Positions 9,733 through 19,116 of a stretch of DNA of 64,000 nt are shown piece after piece. The DNA comes from Ignavibacteria bacterium UBA2333 (GTDB taxonomy: Bacteria; Bacteroidota; Ignavibacteria; Kapaibacteriales; Kapaibacteriaceae): positions 95,935 through 159,934 of the forward strand of contig DDUR01000034.1 of NCBI GenBank assembly GCA_002344895.1. The letters are read 5' to 3'. The first letter of the stretch is position 1; each line of letters opens with the position of its first letter. The position numbers were made by a program, and so were the translations under genes. The notes under the pieces were generated by a model. The model was not told the origin of the DNA. It did no database searches and saw only the letters and a list, made by a program, of their open reading frames with translations.

Positions 9733-11349
9733 ATGAGCAACGAGCAACGCCACAGAGACGATAGTGACGAACAAGGAGAGGTTCGTCCGGAAAATTCAAA
9801 GCGCACATCGTGGTCCGAGGACGATGATGATAGCCAATTGAAGTTTTTTGGTCCCCAGGCGAAGAAGGCACCACGCGGTGTCTACGATCCTGATCGTCCA
9901 ACACCGTACTCCACAGGTTATGGCCCTACGCGTGACCGAAATTCATACGGACGTGATTCATATCGCGGCGGAGGCGATCCGCAACGCGGAGGCGACCCGC
10001 AGCGCGGTGGTGATCCGCAGCGCAACCGCGAGCCACAGCGCAGTGGGGATCCACAGCGTGGGGGAGACTTCCGTCGTAGCGGTGGAGATACGCCACGTCC
10101 GAACCGAGCTGACCGTGAACAACGCACCTTCCGTAGTCGTGGTGAACGCCCACAACGTGTGGTCGGCAGATTCGAACCAAACTCTCGCGGCCCAGTAGAT
10201 GAGCCATTCCCAATTCCTCCTCGGCAAAGCCGACAGGGGAGAGGTGGAGATGAAGAATTTGTTGACTTTTCCGTTCTGAGTTCAGCCTACGCTAAAACAG
10301 GCCGAGGAAAGAAAGGCAAACCAGACAAGCATCAGAAGCCGCATAAGTACAAACAACTCAAAGCTAACGACAAGCTTAAGCACGGTGATAAGAAGAAGAA
10401 GGAACCGCACATTCCGAAAAAGGACCGACGAGTAAAGTTCGATCCTAATGAGCTTCGACGTGAGAAAAAGAAGAATCCACCGGTTCCTTCAACGCCTGAG
10501 TTACGCACCGTTCTTGCACTTGAAAAGGCACCACGGAAAGAACGTCCACATCGACCTGCCGGAATGACACTTCTGAAGGCTGTTCTTGCCTATCAGTGGG
10601 CTTCACGTGCATTAACGTTGCAAGCCATTCGCGATGGAAGGATTATGGTTGATGGTGAGGTGATGAATCGACCAAATCGATTTGTTGTCCTCGAATCGAC
10701 AGAGATCGCCGTAGATGGTGTTCAACTCGAACGGAAATCGATCAAACCGCGGACAATTGTGTTTAACAAACCGCATGGAGTGGTGACGTCACGAGAAGAA
10801 GGTTGTACAACTGTGTATTCCTTCCTTCATAATCGCAAAGATTGGACGTTTCCGATTGGTGGTTTGCCAAAACATGCCAGTGGTATTGTTATCGTAACAA
10901 ACGATAGCAGCTTTGCAGACCAAGTGGCGAATCCATTCAAGAACTTTACATCAGACATTTTTGTCAAGGTGCATCGTCCACTCAAACGGCTCGAAAACAA
11001 CAAGGTGAAAAAGGCCTTGGCTGAGATTTGGAAGGATGATGACGTATTAGATGTGACAGTTGCTGCCAAAACAGCACGCGGAGCGTGGATCAAGATTGAA
11101 TCGAAGACGGGACGGCTGCAGGATATCTATACCGTTCTGAAGTCGCTCCAACTTGAGCCAGTGTCCGTAGAACGTCGTCGTGTTGGTCCGTTTACAACGG
11201 ATCGACTCAGTAAGGGTGCTTGGTTTAGTCTCACGGACGAGGAGTCTGATACCATCCGTCAGCAATCTGAGAGTGACACCCATGATACCTCTGCGGCATC
11301 ATCATTGTGGTCGGCTGTGTCGAAGAGGCTTTTCTCGTCCAATTCGTGA
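9733..11349 (+). CDS. RluB/RsuA-family pseudouridine-synthase-like protein with a long disordered RGG/Lys-rich N-terminal extension (catalytic motif degenerate)
   Basis: An S4 domain (LLKAVLAYQWASRAL...GRIMVDG) is followed by an RsuA-type fold (IVFNKPHGVVTSREEG...IVIVTNDSS). The catalytic GRLD motif reads GGLP. The N-terminal ~280 aa are low complexity (tandem RGGDPQ repeats, a KKKK-rich segment). Confidence 0.75.
   Translation: MSNEQRHRDDSDEQGEVRPENSKRTSWSEDDDDSQLKFFGPQAKKAPRGVYDPDRPTPYSTGYGPTRDRNSYGRDSYRGGGDPQRGGDPQRGGDPQRNREPQRSGDPQRGGDFRRSGGDTPRPNRADREQRTFRSRGERPQRVVGRFEPNSRGPVDEPFPIPPRQSRQGRGGDEEFVDFSVLSSAYAKTGRGKKGKPDKHQKPHKYKQLKANDKLKHGDKKKKEPHIPKKDRRVKFDPNELRREKKKNPPVPSTPELRTVLALEKAPRKERPHRPAGMTLLKAVLAYQWASRALTLQAIRDGRIMVDGEVMNRPNRFVVLESTEIAVDGVQLERKSIKPRTIVFNKPHGVVTSREEGCTTVYSFLHNRKDWTFPIGGLPKHASGIVIVTNDSSFADQVANPFKNFTSDIFVKVHRPLKRLENNKVKKALAEIWKDDDVLDVTVAAKTARGAWIKIESKTGRLQDIYTVLKSLQLEPVSVERRRVGPFTTDRLSKGAWFSLTDEESDTIRQQSESDTHDTSAASSLWSAVSKRLFSSNS
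9964..10075 (+). repeat. imperfect 18-nt tandem repeats encoding (R/S)GGDPQ x5-6 inside the RluB-like gene
   Basis: cgcggaggcgatccgcaa / cgcggaggcgacccgcag / cgcggtggtgatccgcag / ...cgcagtggggatccacag / cgtgggggagacttc, read directly from the sequence. Confidence 0.8.
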
Positions 11350-11378
11350 TAGAACCTCACATTGACCGTGTGTTTGAA

Positions 11379-11412
11379 CGCGCCGTCTCCTCCTAGGAGG
11401 CGGCGCGTTTTT
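11379..11412 (+). terminator. rho-independent terminator downstream of the RluB-like gene
   Basis: A 7-bp GC stem (cgcgccg/cggcgcg) with an inner palindrome (tcctagga) is followed by ttttt. The hairpin overlaps the stop codon of the convergent ABC-exporter gene. Confidence 0.55.
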
Positions 11413-13165
11413 CGAATTGTAGTCGATGGAGTTTAGCATAGATACCATTCATCGCCAGTAGTTCTTGATGCGTACCCTGCTCGGCTACTTCACCGTGGTG
11501 TAACACGATAATGCGATCGGCTCGCTGAATGGTCGAAAGTCGGTGGGCGATAACGATGGACGTTCTGCCTCGTAGAAGGGTTGAAATTGATTTTTCGATG
11601 AGTACTTCAGTTTCCGTATCAATGTTTGCCGTTGCCTCATCAAGGATCAGCAGATCAGGATCCGTCACAAGAGCACGACAGAATGAAATGAGCTGCTTCT
11701 GACCGGTGCTGAGAACGGCCCCACGTTCACGTACGTTGGTGTCGTATCCCTGAGGCAATCGCGAAATAAAGTCGTGCGCCCCAAGAGCCTTTGCGGCTGC
11801 AATCACGTGTTCATCGGTAATCTCCGGTCTTCCGAGTGTGATGTTGTCCTTTACGGAACGCGAGAACAAAAACACATCCTGGAGTACAACGGCCATACGA
11901 CGTCGAATAGAGCGCTGTTGCCAGTCTCGAATGGAGTGCCCATCGATGAGGATGTCTCCCTGCTGAAACTCGTAGAACCTGCTGACGAGATTGATGATGG
12001 AGCTCTTGCCTGCCCCTGTGGCTCCTACGAGAGCAACGGTTTCACCTTTTCGTACGTCGAACGAGACACCCTTCAGGACTGGTGTTGTGCCGTCATACGC
12101 AAAGTGAACGTTTCGAAAACTGATTCCTTCCTGAAACGAAGAGAGTACCTTGGCATGTGGTGTGTCCGGTACAGTCGTCGACGTATCGAGAAGCTGGAAG
12201 ATCCGTTCCGATGCAACAACGGAGCTCTGGAGAGTATTGTATCGCTCGCTAAGATCCCGAATCGGTCTGAAGAACATTTCCGTGTATTGAAAGAACATCA
12301 CCACGATTCCTATCGTGATCTCACCTGATAGCATGTGTCCGGCCGTATAGTACAAAACAGTACAAATGGCAACCATGCTGAGGAGTTCTACAATGGGGTA
12401 AAACGTTGCATAGTAGAAAATCGAACGATCTTGTAGATCGCGATGTTCGCGATTAAGTGCGCCAAACTCCTTTGTTTTGCGCCCCTCTTGTCGAAACAGT
12501 TGAACAACACCTATCCCCGAGACAAACTCGTTCATAAACGAGTTCATGCTCGCTACTTGACGTCGAATCAGATTGTATACAGTGCGGACCTTTGCTCGAA
12601 AAATGAAGGATGCAATGAGCAAGAACGGAAGAATAATAATCGTAATGCCCGTGAGTACAACACTCGTGTTGAGCATAAAAAACAGGATCCAGAGAATCGT
12701 CATGATGTCTGCGATCATGTTGACGATACCCTGTGAGAATAACTCGTTTAATGACTCAACGTCAGACGTAACGCGCGTCACGATCCGCCCAATGGGCGTT
12801 GTATCGAAATACCGTAACGCTAACGACTGAACGTGTTTGTACAGGGCGGTACGAATATCTAGAAGGACGTGCTGGCCAATCCACGTCAGGACAAGTCCAA
12901 GGGCATACTGCGTAAGCCCCTGCAGAATCAGAAATCCAAAGATGAGGCCGACAAACCACAACAGGCCATCTAGGTCACCCTTTACGATATGCTCGTCAAT
13001 TGCCGTTTTGGTGAGAAAGGGGCGAAGGGGGCCCAACATTGTCGATGACAAGGTGAGGAGAACGGCTCCGAGGATATGATAACGATACGGCTTCAGGAAG
13101 CCAAGGAGTCGACGAAGGAGCCGGTAGTCAACCTTCTTGGTTCCTTCTTCAGTGGTCTGTGTCAT
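11393..13165 (-). CDS. ABC transporter, fused permease/ATP-binding protein (MsbA-like exporter)
   Basis: Six TM helices are followed by a nucleotide-binding domain carrying Walker A (GATGAGKSS), the ABC signature (LSTGQKQLIS) and Walker B (ILILDEAT). Confidence 0.9.
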   Translation of the reverse strand: MTQTTEEGTKKVDYRLLRRLLGFLKPYRYHILGAVLLTLSSTMLGPLRPFLTKTAIDEHIVKGDLDGLLWFVGLIFGFLILQGLTQYALGLVLTWIGQHVLLDIRTALYKHVQSLALRYFDTTPIGRIVTRVTSDVESLNELFSQGIVNMIADIMTILWILFFMLNTSVVLTGITIIILPFLLIASFIFRAKVRTVYNLIRRQVASMNSFMNEFVSGIGVVQLFRQEGRKTKEFGALNREHRDLQDRSIFYYATFYPIVELLSMVAICTVLYYTAGHMLSGEITIGIVVMFFQYTEMFFRPIRDLSERYNTLQSSVVASERIFQLLDTSTTVPDTPHAKVLSSFQEGISFRNVHFAYDGTTPVLKGVSFDVRKGETVALVGATGAGKSSIINLVSRFYEFQQGDILIDGHSIRDWQQRSIRRRMAVVLQDVFLFSRSVKDNITLGRPEITDEHVIAAAKALGAHDFISRLPQGYDTNVRERGAVLSTGQKQLISFCRALVTDPDLLILDEATANIDTETEVLIEKSISTLLRGRTSIVIAHRLSTIQRADRIIVLHHGEVAEQGTHQELLAMNGIYAKLHRLQFEKRAAS

Positions 13166-13224
13166 GACACGAAACTACGACATCGACGCCTCGCCAAATG
13201 CGACGAAGGCGTATGTTCGCCGTT

Positions 13225-14628
13225 ATGCTAACAATCACGCCCTATGGGGCAGCTGGAGAGGTTACAGGTTCTGCCTATCTCGTGGAAACGGATGCGGCGA
13301 CCGTCCTCGTTGATTTTGGGATGTTCCAGGGTGATAAGGATGATGACGCTCGTAATGTTATTCCCGGACGAATTCATCGGAATAGCGTTGACGCAGTCGT
13401 TCTGACACATGCTCACCTTGACCACTGCGGTAGGTTGCCCCTTTTGCGCCGTGAAGGGATCAAATGTCCTATCTATGCCACTGATGCCTCACGTGACATG
13501 GCCGAACTTGTCCTCCGCGATGCAGCGAGGATTCAAGAAGGCGACTTTGAGCGCAGAAAACGGCGAGCAGAACGACTTGGTCATAAACTCCCTCGGAACG
13601 AACAACCGATGTTCGACGAGGAAGATGTAGAACGCACACTAGCGCAGTTTCGAGTCGTTGATTACGACCTACCAATCGACGTTGCAAAGGGAATACAGGC
13701 CGTATGGCATGAAGCCGGTCACATGCTTGGCTCGGCCAGCGTTGAGTTGCGGATCTTAGTTGATGGCAACGAAAAGATCGTTGTATTCAGTGGCGACGTT
13801 GGTCCGGCCAAACTACCCTATCTCCGGGATCCCGAGCCACCTCGTCGTGCTGACATTGTGATACTCGAATCAACGTATGGCGATCGTGATCACAAAAGCG
13901 AGCAGGAAACCATCGATGAGTTCTGTGCGATTGTGAATGACGCACATGCAAAGAACGGAAAGATTTTTGTTCCGGCTTTTGCGATTGGAAGAACGCAGCA
14001 GATACTCTACTATTACACAAAGCTGCAGTTGGCCGGACGGATTCCCGTGATGCCCGTTTTTGTTGATTCACCGATGGCAATTGGCGCATCAAAAATTTAT
14101 GCGGCTCACTCAGAGCTGCTCGATGAGGAAAGCTCACGAATGGCCGAGGTAGGGAACTCACCACTGCGTCGGAGAAACGTTGAGTTCCTTGAGACGGCTG
14201 AAGAGTCGAAGGAACTCAATGAACGAAACGGACCATTTATGGTCATAGCAGGTGCAGGTATGTGTAATGCAGGCCGTATCGTTCACCACATTCGTAACAA
14301 CATCGAAAATCCTAATGCCCATTTTATGATTGTTGGTTTCCAGGCTCACGGTTCGCTCGGAAGAAAAATTGTCGACCGTGTTCCGGAGATCCGTGTGATG
14401 GGTGAGATTCGTAACGTGAGGGCACAGATTCACACTCTTGGTGGAATGAGTGCACACGCCGGACAGTCTGACCTGGCGGCATGGTTTGGTGCAATGGCCG
14501 ACTCCAAACCGACGGTTATCCTTACGCATGGTGAAGACAGCGCACGCAAACCCTTTGCGGACAGACTCCGTGGAGAGTTCGGTGTTGAACCAATCCTTCC
14601 TGTTTACGCACAGCATCTTTCATTCTAA
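13225..14628 (+). CDS. MBL-fold metallo-hydrolase of the beta-CASP family (RNA-metabolising, RNase J/CPSF-like)
   Basis: The protein begins MLTITPYGAAGEVTGSAYLVETD, has the HxHxDH motif (THAHLDHCGRLP) and beta-CASP plus C-terminal RNA-specificity regions. The ORF is open from 13198, but the ATG at 13225 best fits the family N-terminus. Confidence 0.75.
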   Translation: MLTITPYGAAGEVTGSAYLVETDAATVLVDFGMFQGDKDDDARNVIPGRIHRNSVDAVVLTHAHLDHCGRLPLLRREGIKCPIYATDASRDMAELVLRDAARIQEGDFERRKRRAERLGHKLPRNEQPMFDEEDVERTLAQFRVVDYDLPIDVAKGIQAVWHEAGHMLGSASVELRILVDGNEKIVVFSGDVGPAKLPYLRDPEPPRRADIVILESTYGDRDHKSEQETIDEFCAIVNDAHAKNGKIFVPAFAIGRTQQILYYYTKLQLAGRIPVMPVFVDSPMAIGASKIYAAHSELLDEESSRMAEVGNSPLRRRNVEFLETAEESKELNERNGPFMVIAGAGMCNAGRIVHHIRNNIENPNAHFMIVGFQAHGSLGRKIVDRVPEIRVMGEIRNVRAQIHTLGGMSAHAGQSDLAAWFGAMADSKPTVILTHGEDSARKPFADRLRGEFGVEPILPVYAQHLSF

Positions 14629-14633
14629 CCTCT

Positions 14634-16028
14634 ATGCGCATCGAGCACGACTTTCTTGGCGAACGTGAACTTCCAGACAATGTGTATTACGGTGTACAAA
14701 CACTTCGTGCGCTGGAAAATTTTCACATTACAGGAACAGCAATTTCTTCGTCACCAACGTTCATCACGTCGATGGCAATGGTAAAGAAGGCTGCTGCATT
14801 GGCAAATCGCGATTGTGACGTGCTCGATGACAAGATTGCATCGGCAATTTGTTCAGCCTGTGATGACATCATTGCGGGAGGACTGCATGATCAATTCCCG
14901 GTTGATAGTATCCAGGGAGGTGCTGGCACATCCACGAACATGAACGCAAACGAGGTGATCGCCAATCGTGCTCTTGAAATCCTCGGATATGCCAAGGGGC
15001 GTTACGACGTGATTCACCCGAATGATCACGTAAACCTTTCTCAAAGTACTAATGATGCCTATCCAACGGCCTTCAGATTGTCGTTGTATCGCGATGCACA
15101 AGCGTTAATGACGGCTTTGGCAGAACTTCAGGCCTCATTTTCAGCGAAGGGAGCAGAGTTTGCTCATGTCCTGAAAATGGGTAGGACACAATTACAAGAT
15201 GCAGTACCAATGACATTGGGGCAAGAGTTTGACGCGTTTGCCGTAAATGTTGGAGAAGATATTAAACGACTTGACGAAGCACGACGGTTAATGCTTGAGA
15301 TTAATCTGGGTGCAACGGCAATCGGTACGAGTATTAACGCTCCAGAAGGGTATCCTCAGCAAGCCGTTGACCATCTGCGTACAATCTCCGGTATCGACGT
15401 TGTCCTTTCGCAGAATCTGATCGAAGCAACGTGGGATACTGGCGGATACGTGCAGTTCAGTGGTGTCCTAAAGCGAGTTGCCGTAAAACTCTCCAAGATC
15501 TGTAATGACCTGCGACTTCTGTCAAGTGGGCCACGGACAGGCTTAAATGAGATTAATCTGCCAAGACTGCAGCCCGGCTCGAGTATCATGCCTGGAAAGG
15601 TGAATCCCGTTATCCCTGAAGTTGTCAATCAGGTCTGTTTCCTGGTTATCGGAAACGACGTCACCGTAAGTTTTGCCGCTGAAGCAGGTCAGCTGCAGCT
15701 AAACGTTATGGAGCCGGTGATAGCGCACTGTTTGTTTGAATCCCTCCGTACACTCACACGTGCTTGTGATACATTACGAGAGAAATGTGTGACTGGTATT
15801 ACTGCCAATGCCGATCGCACACGCGAGATGGTGTTCGGTAGCATTGGTATCGTTACAGCACTCAACCCAATACTCGGATACGAAACAAGTGCGTCAGTGG
15901 CCAAGGAAGCTTTTGAAACGGGAGATAATGTGATTGATATTGTCAAACGACGTGGACTGCTCTCCGAGGATCAGCTAGCGCAGGTGTTTTCTATCGATAA
16001 CTTGATGCATCCACGGTTTATTCGATAG
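14634..16028 (+). CDS. aspA: aspartate ammonia-lyase
   Basis: It is near-collinear with enterobacterial AspA (IEHDFLGERELP..YYGVQTLRALENF, MGRTQLQDAVPMTLGQEF, KICNDLRLLSSGPR, GSSIMPGKVNPVIPEVVNQVCF, GQLQLNVMEPVI). Confidence 0.9.
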   Translation: MRIEHDFLGERELPDNVYYGVQTLRALENFHITGTAISSSPTFITSMAMVKKAAALANRDCDVLDDKIASAICSACDDIIAGGLHDQFPVDSIQGGAGTSTNMNANEVIANRALEILGYAKGRYDVIHPNDHVNLSQSTNDAYPTAFRLSLYRDAQALMTALAELQASFSAKGAEFAHVLKMGRTQLQDAVPMTLGQEFDAFAVNVGEDIKRLDEARRLMLEINLGATAIGTSINAPEGYPQQAVDHLRTISGIDVVLSQNLIEATWDTGGYVQFSGVLKRVAVKLSKICNDLRLLSSGPRTGLNEINLPRLQPGSSIMPGKVNPVIPEVVNQVCFLVIGNDVTVSFAAEAGQLQLNVMEPVIAHCLFESLRTLTRACDTLREKCVTGITANADRTREMVFGSIGIVTALNPILGYETSASVAKEAFETGDNVIDIVKRRGLLSEDQLAQVFSIDNLMHPRFIR

Positions 16029-17204
16029 TCGTTGTCCAAAGCTGTGAAGACCAGTGGCACCGAGTGCGATGACTAAAATTTGAAGCCATTCGATATCAAG
16101 TTTAAATCGGATGTTCGCGGCATGGGTTAATGCATAGGTTGCTGTTACCACGAGAAATACTACGAGGATACTGCGCATCAGTACAGGGTAAAGATTCCAT
16201 GCTGTGCGAAATGTTATAAGCGTCAGTATCATGAGGAACACGACCGGTAGCAGGCGAATGATAAAAAATCCGATCGTGATCTTCATATCGTATCTGGGTG
16301 GAAACGACCAAAGTCTCAATGCTGCATTGAGTACACGTTGTCCATAACCCAGCGGATTGTCAGATATCGCCTTGGTGGCAATGGTGCGATAGTGCGACTC
16401 CATGTCGACATCGTTCACGTTTTTTCGTAGCGTGTCAATCGATGTAATGATGCTATCGTGAACAAAGGGTTCTTGTAGACCCGAGTTCTCCGGGAGAAAT
16501 CCTTCGTACACATTCATCCAAACAGGCGATTTTACAGGGATGAAACGGCCAAAGACAATGGCATTCCGTAATGTCCAGGGAAGGATAACAAGAGCAGCGC
16601 AGCATACGATGGTAACGACTGGTCCCCACGAACGTCGAAGGTGTATCGCAGCCAATACAAGTAGTACGCCTATAGCAACGGGCTGAAAGAGAACGACCAA
16701 TCCCGACACAATGCCAGCACGTACCCACTGCCGCTGCTGTAGTGCCAGGAAAACAATCATCGACAGTGCAACAGTCCACAACGTTGGTTCGAGTACACGC
16801 GGGTAGACGATATACGATGGATGAAGGGCCAACAGTGCAGCTGCACCCAATGCAGCCGTTTCTGATGTGGTGAGTAAGCGGACGATCCTGTGCATCATAA
16901 CGACACTCAGTCCACCGATAATCGCTTGGAGGACAGCTGTTACAATCGGTGTTGCTGAAACACCAACTATTAACATGATGCCGGCAAGAACGGCAGGATA
17001 GGCCGGTGCTTTGTATGCAGTTGGGCCCAGAAGGAGGTCAAACGAAAATCCATGACCTTCGGCGAGGTTCGATGCAATCCGGAAGTCTTCAATCGTATGA
17101 ATGTTGTCGCCAGATGCCACAACCACAAACACTCTAACAAGAACCGCGAAGATGGTGATGATCCAGATCCGGCGGCCGGAAATCCCAAGTCTTATTGTGT
17201 CCAT
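15975..17204 (-). CDS. polytopic membrane protein, probable GT39/GT83-like (ArnT/PMT-type) glycosyltransferase
   Basis: There are at least 10 predicted TM helices, and the first loop carries the ArnT/PMT-like motif (IEDFRIASNLAEGHGFSF). The 3' end overlaps the convergent aspA by ~54 nt. Confidence 0.45.
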   Translation of the reverse strand: MDTIRLGISGRRIWIITIFAVLVRVFVVVASGDNIHTIEDFRIASNLAEGHGFSFDLLLGPTAYKAPAYPAVLAGIMLIVGVSATPIVTAVLQAIIGGLSVVMMHRIVRLLTTSETAALGAAALLALHPSYIVYPRVLEPTLWTVALSMIVFLALQQRQWVRAGIVSGLVVLFQPVAIGVLLVLAAIHLRRSWGPVVTIVCCAALVILPWTLRNAIVFGRFIPVKSPVWMNVYEGFLPENSGLQEPFVHDSIITSIDTLRKNVNDVDMESHYRTIATKAISDNPLGYGQRVLNAALRLWSFPPRYDMKITIGFFIIRLLPVVFLMILTLITFRTAWNLYPVLMRSILVVFLVVTATYALTHAANIRFKLDIEWLQILVIALGATGLHSFGQRLSNKPWMHQVIDRKHLR

Positions 17205-17359
17205 ACACCGAAGTTAGGAAGGATCCGACGCTGGAGAGTGAGTATGTGAAGAACAGCGATTCAATTCAGCGTCTTTGGCGCTTCGTACGCTGACGCTCAT
17301 TCAAGTATCTTGTGACGCCAAATGACGAAAGTACACTGTACAAACCTAAAGTCAATACC

Positions 17360-17833
17360 ATGTCCAAAATATCATCCCAACAGCCGAGACAATCGATTGA
17401 AGGATTGATCCTGCGATGTATCGTAGGACCGGTGTTTGTCTCAGAAGGTATCCAGAAGTTTCTTTTCTCAGATACACTCGGAGCCGGACGGTTCGCAAAA
17501 ATCGGCCTACCATTTTCCGAAGTGTTAGGCCCAATTGTTGGAACAACGGAGATTGTATGTGGCGTGATGATTCTACTCGGTTGGCAGATTCGATCCTTTG
17601 CGATGCCATTAATCGCGATCATGGTAGTTGCGATCGTTTCGACAAAGGTCCCGATGATGTTGGATAGCGGGCTTTGGACCTTCCTTCATGAATCGAGAAC
17701 AGACTGGGCGATGATGCTTGGATGTGTTGGGCTCGTACTCATAGACAACAATCAACGAAGATTTCGTGAAGACGCGTCAAGTCGGCCGATGTATGATTCT
17801 CTTGCCAAAACGCAAAGTGAGAAGGGTCATTGA
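17360..17833 (+). CDS. DoxX family membrane protein
   Basis: It has four TM helices and DoxX-like segments (IVGPVFVSEGIQKF, LLGWQIRSFAMPL). The ATG at 17360 was chosen over the upstream alternative start. Its TGA shares a base with the chrA ATG. Confidence 0.6.
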   Translation: MSKISSQQPRQSIEGLILRCIVGPVFVSEGIQKFLFSDTLGAGRFAKIGLPFSEVLGPIVGTTEIVCGVMILLGWQIRSFAMPLIAIMVVAIVSTKVPMMLDSGLWTFLHESRTDWAMMLGCVGLVLIDNNQRRFREDASSRPMYDSLAKTQSEKGH

Positions 17834-18957
17834 TGGATTCAACTCAAACCGTTACTAAGAAAGAACTGGTAAGGGTCTTTCTATACCTTGGATGTTTTGG
17901 TTTCGGCGGACCAGCTGCGCATATCGCGATGATGCGTAGTGAGGTCGTCGTAAAGAGGGGATGGATGACCGAAGATCGGTTTGTAGATCTCATCGGTATA
18001 ACAAATTTGCTGCCGGGTCCAAACTCGACAGAAATGGCAATGCACGTTGGATTAGAGAAAGGGGGCTGGAAGGGGCTCCTTATCGCAGGGTTCTGTTTTA
18101 TTACGCCTGCTGTGCTCATCACGTCGATTGTCGCTTATACATACGCACTGTACGGTGCATTACCACAACTTCAACCTGCCATCGGAGGAATTCGAGCAGC
18201 CCTTGTGGCTGTAGTACTTGTTTTGATGGTGCATCTCTTACGAACGCAGATAAAGGACCGAACGTCTGTACTGTGGGCATGTCTTGCAGCCCTTGGTGTG
18301 GTTGCCGGACTGCCGGAGATTGTTGTTCTCTTTGGCACTGCCATTGTCGCTACGGTGTCGCGATCGCTTATCACGTTGAGAGTTCGAGAAGCTATCACAC
18401 CTATCGTAGCAGGTGGCCTCATGCTGATGTCGCCGTCGGCGGTGTTCTTGACCTTCCTCAAGGTTGGTTCCATCCTGTATGGAAGCGGCTACGTCCTTTT
18501 TGCATTTCTTGATGAAGAACTTGTTGGAAAAGGATTCATTACGCGCCAGATACTTACGGACGCAATCGCGGTGGGCCAGTTTACACCTGGTCCAGTGTTT
18601 TCATCTGCGACGTTTATCGGTTGGATGATGGGTGGACCTTACACAGCATGTTTGGCTACCATCGGAATCTTCCTGCCATCATTTTTGCTTGTCGGCTGTA
18701 TTGCGCCGCTTATCGATCGACTTCGTTCCTCTCCGATACTCGCATCTGCATTAGCAGCTGTGAATATTGCAAGTGTCATACTCGTGTTGTTCGTTGCTGT
18801 CGATCTTGCGCGCATGTCAATCATTTCCGTATCGACGATTGTCATCTTTCTGATAGCAGTATTTGTCTGTATCCGATTCAGAAAGATCAACAGTGCTGTT
18901 CTAGTTATCGGAGGCGGAGTGGTCGGATGGCTGGCGAACCTGATATTAGGATTATAA
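17833..18957 (+). CDS. chrA: chromate transporter (fused two-domain ChrA)
   Basis: FGFGGPAAHIAMMRSEVVVKRGWMTEDRF and LLPGPNSTEMA are present, and the second half is a duplicated homologous domain. Confidence 0.8.
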   Translation: MDSTQTVTKKELVRVFLYLGCFGFGGPAAHIAMMRSEVVVKRGWMTEDRFVDLIGITNLLPGPNSTEMAMHVGLEKGGWKGLLIAGFCFITPAVLITSIVAYTYALYGALPQLQPAIGGIRAALVAVVLVLMVHLLRTQIKDRTSVLWACLAALGVVAGLPEIVVLFGTAIVATVSRSLITLRVREAITPIVAGGLMLMSPSAVFLTFLKVGSILYGSGYVLFAFLDEELVGKGFITRQILTDAIAVGQFTPGPVFSSATFIGWMMGGPYTACLATIGIFLPSFLLVGCIAPLIDRLRSSPILASALAAVNIASVILVLFVAVDLARMSIISVSTIVIFLIAVFVCIRFRKINSAVLVIGGGVVGWLANLILGL

Positions 18958-18968
18958 CAAGAGAGATC

Positions 18969-19011
18969 TAAAACGCAAAACGCCGATCAATCCCTGCGGA
19001 TAGAACGGCGT
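18969..19011 (-). terminator. possible terminator hairpin downstream of tRNA-Lys
   Basis: In minus orientation a 6-bp stem (acgccg/cggcgt) with a long loop is followed by ttttgcgtttt. Confidence 0.3.
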
Positions 19012-19012
19012 C

Positions 19013-19089
19013 TGGTGATCTCGCTGGGACTCGAACCCAGGACCCTTTGATTAAAAGTCAAATGCTCTAGCCAGCTGAGCTACGAGATC
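19013..19089 (-). tRNA. tRNA-Lys (anticodon TTT)
   Basis: The reverse complement reads GATCTCGTAGCTCAGCTGGCTAGAGCATTTGACTTTTAATCAAAGGGTCCTGGGTTCGAGTCCCAGCGAGATCACCA. This gives a cloverleaf with D-arm GCTCAGCTGG, anticodon stem TTTGA/TCAAA with loop CTTTTAA, and T-arm GGTTCGAGTCC. The CCA end is encoded. Confidence 0.85.
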
Positions 19090-19116
19090 AAAGAGAGCCG
19101 CAAAGATACGAGATCG

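Noticed and set aside
9848-10227. Four overlapping ORFs (+ and -) across the RGGDPQ repeat region
   Set aside because: They are frame-shifted or antisense readings of an 18-nt tandem repeat. Only the frame continuous with the RluB-like domain is credible.
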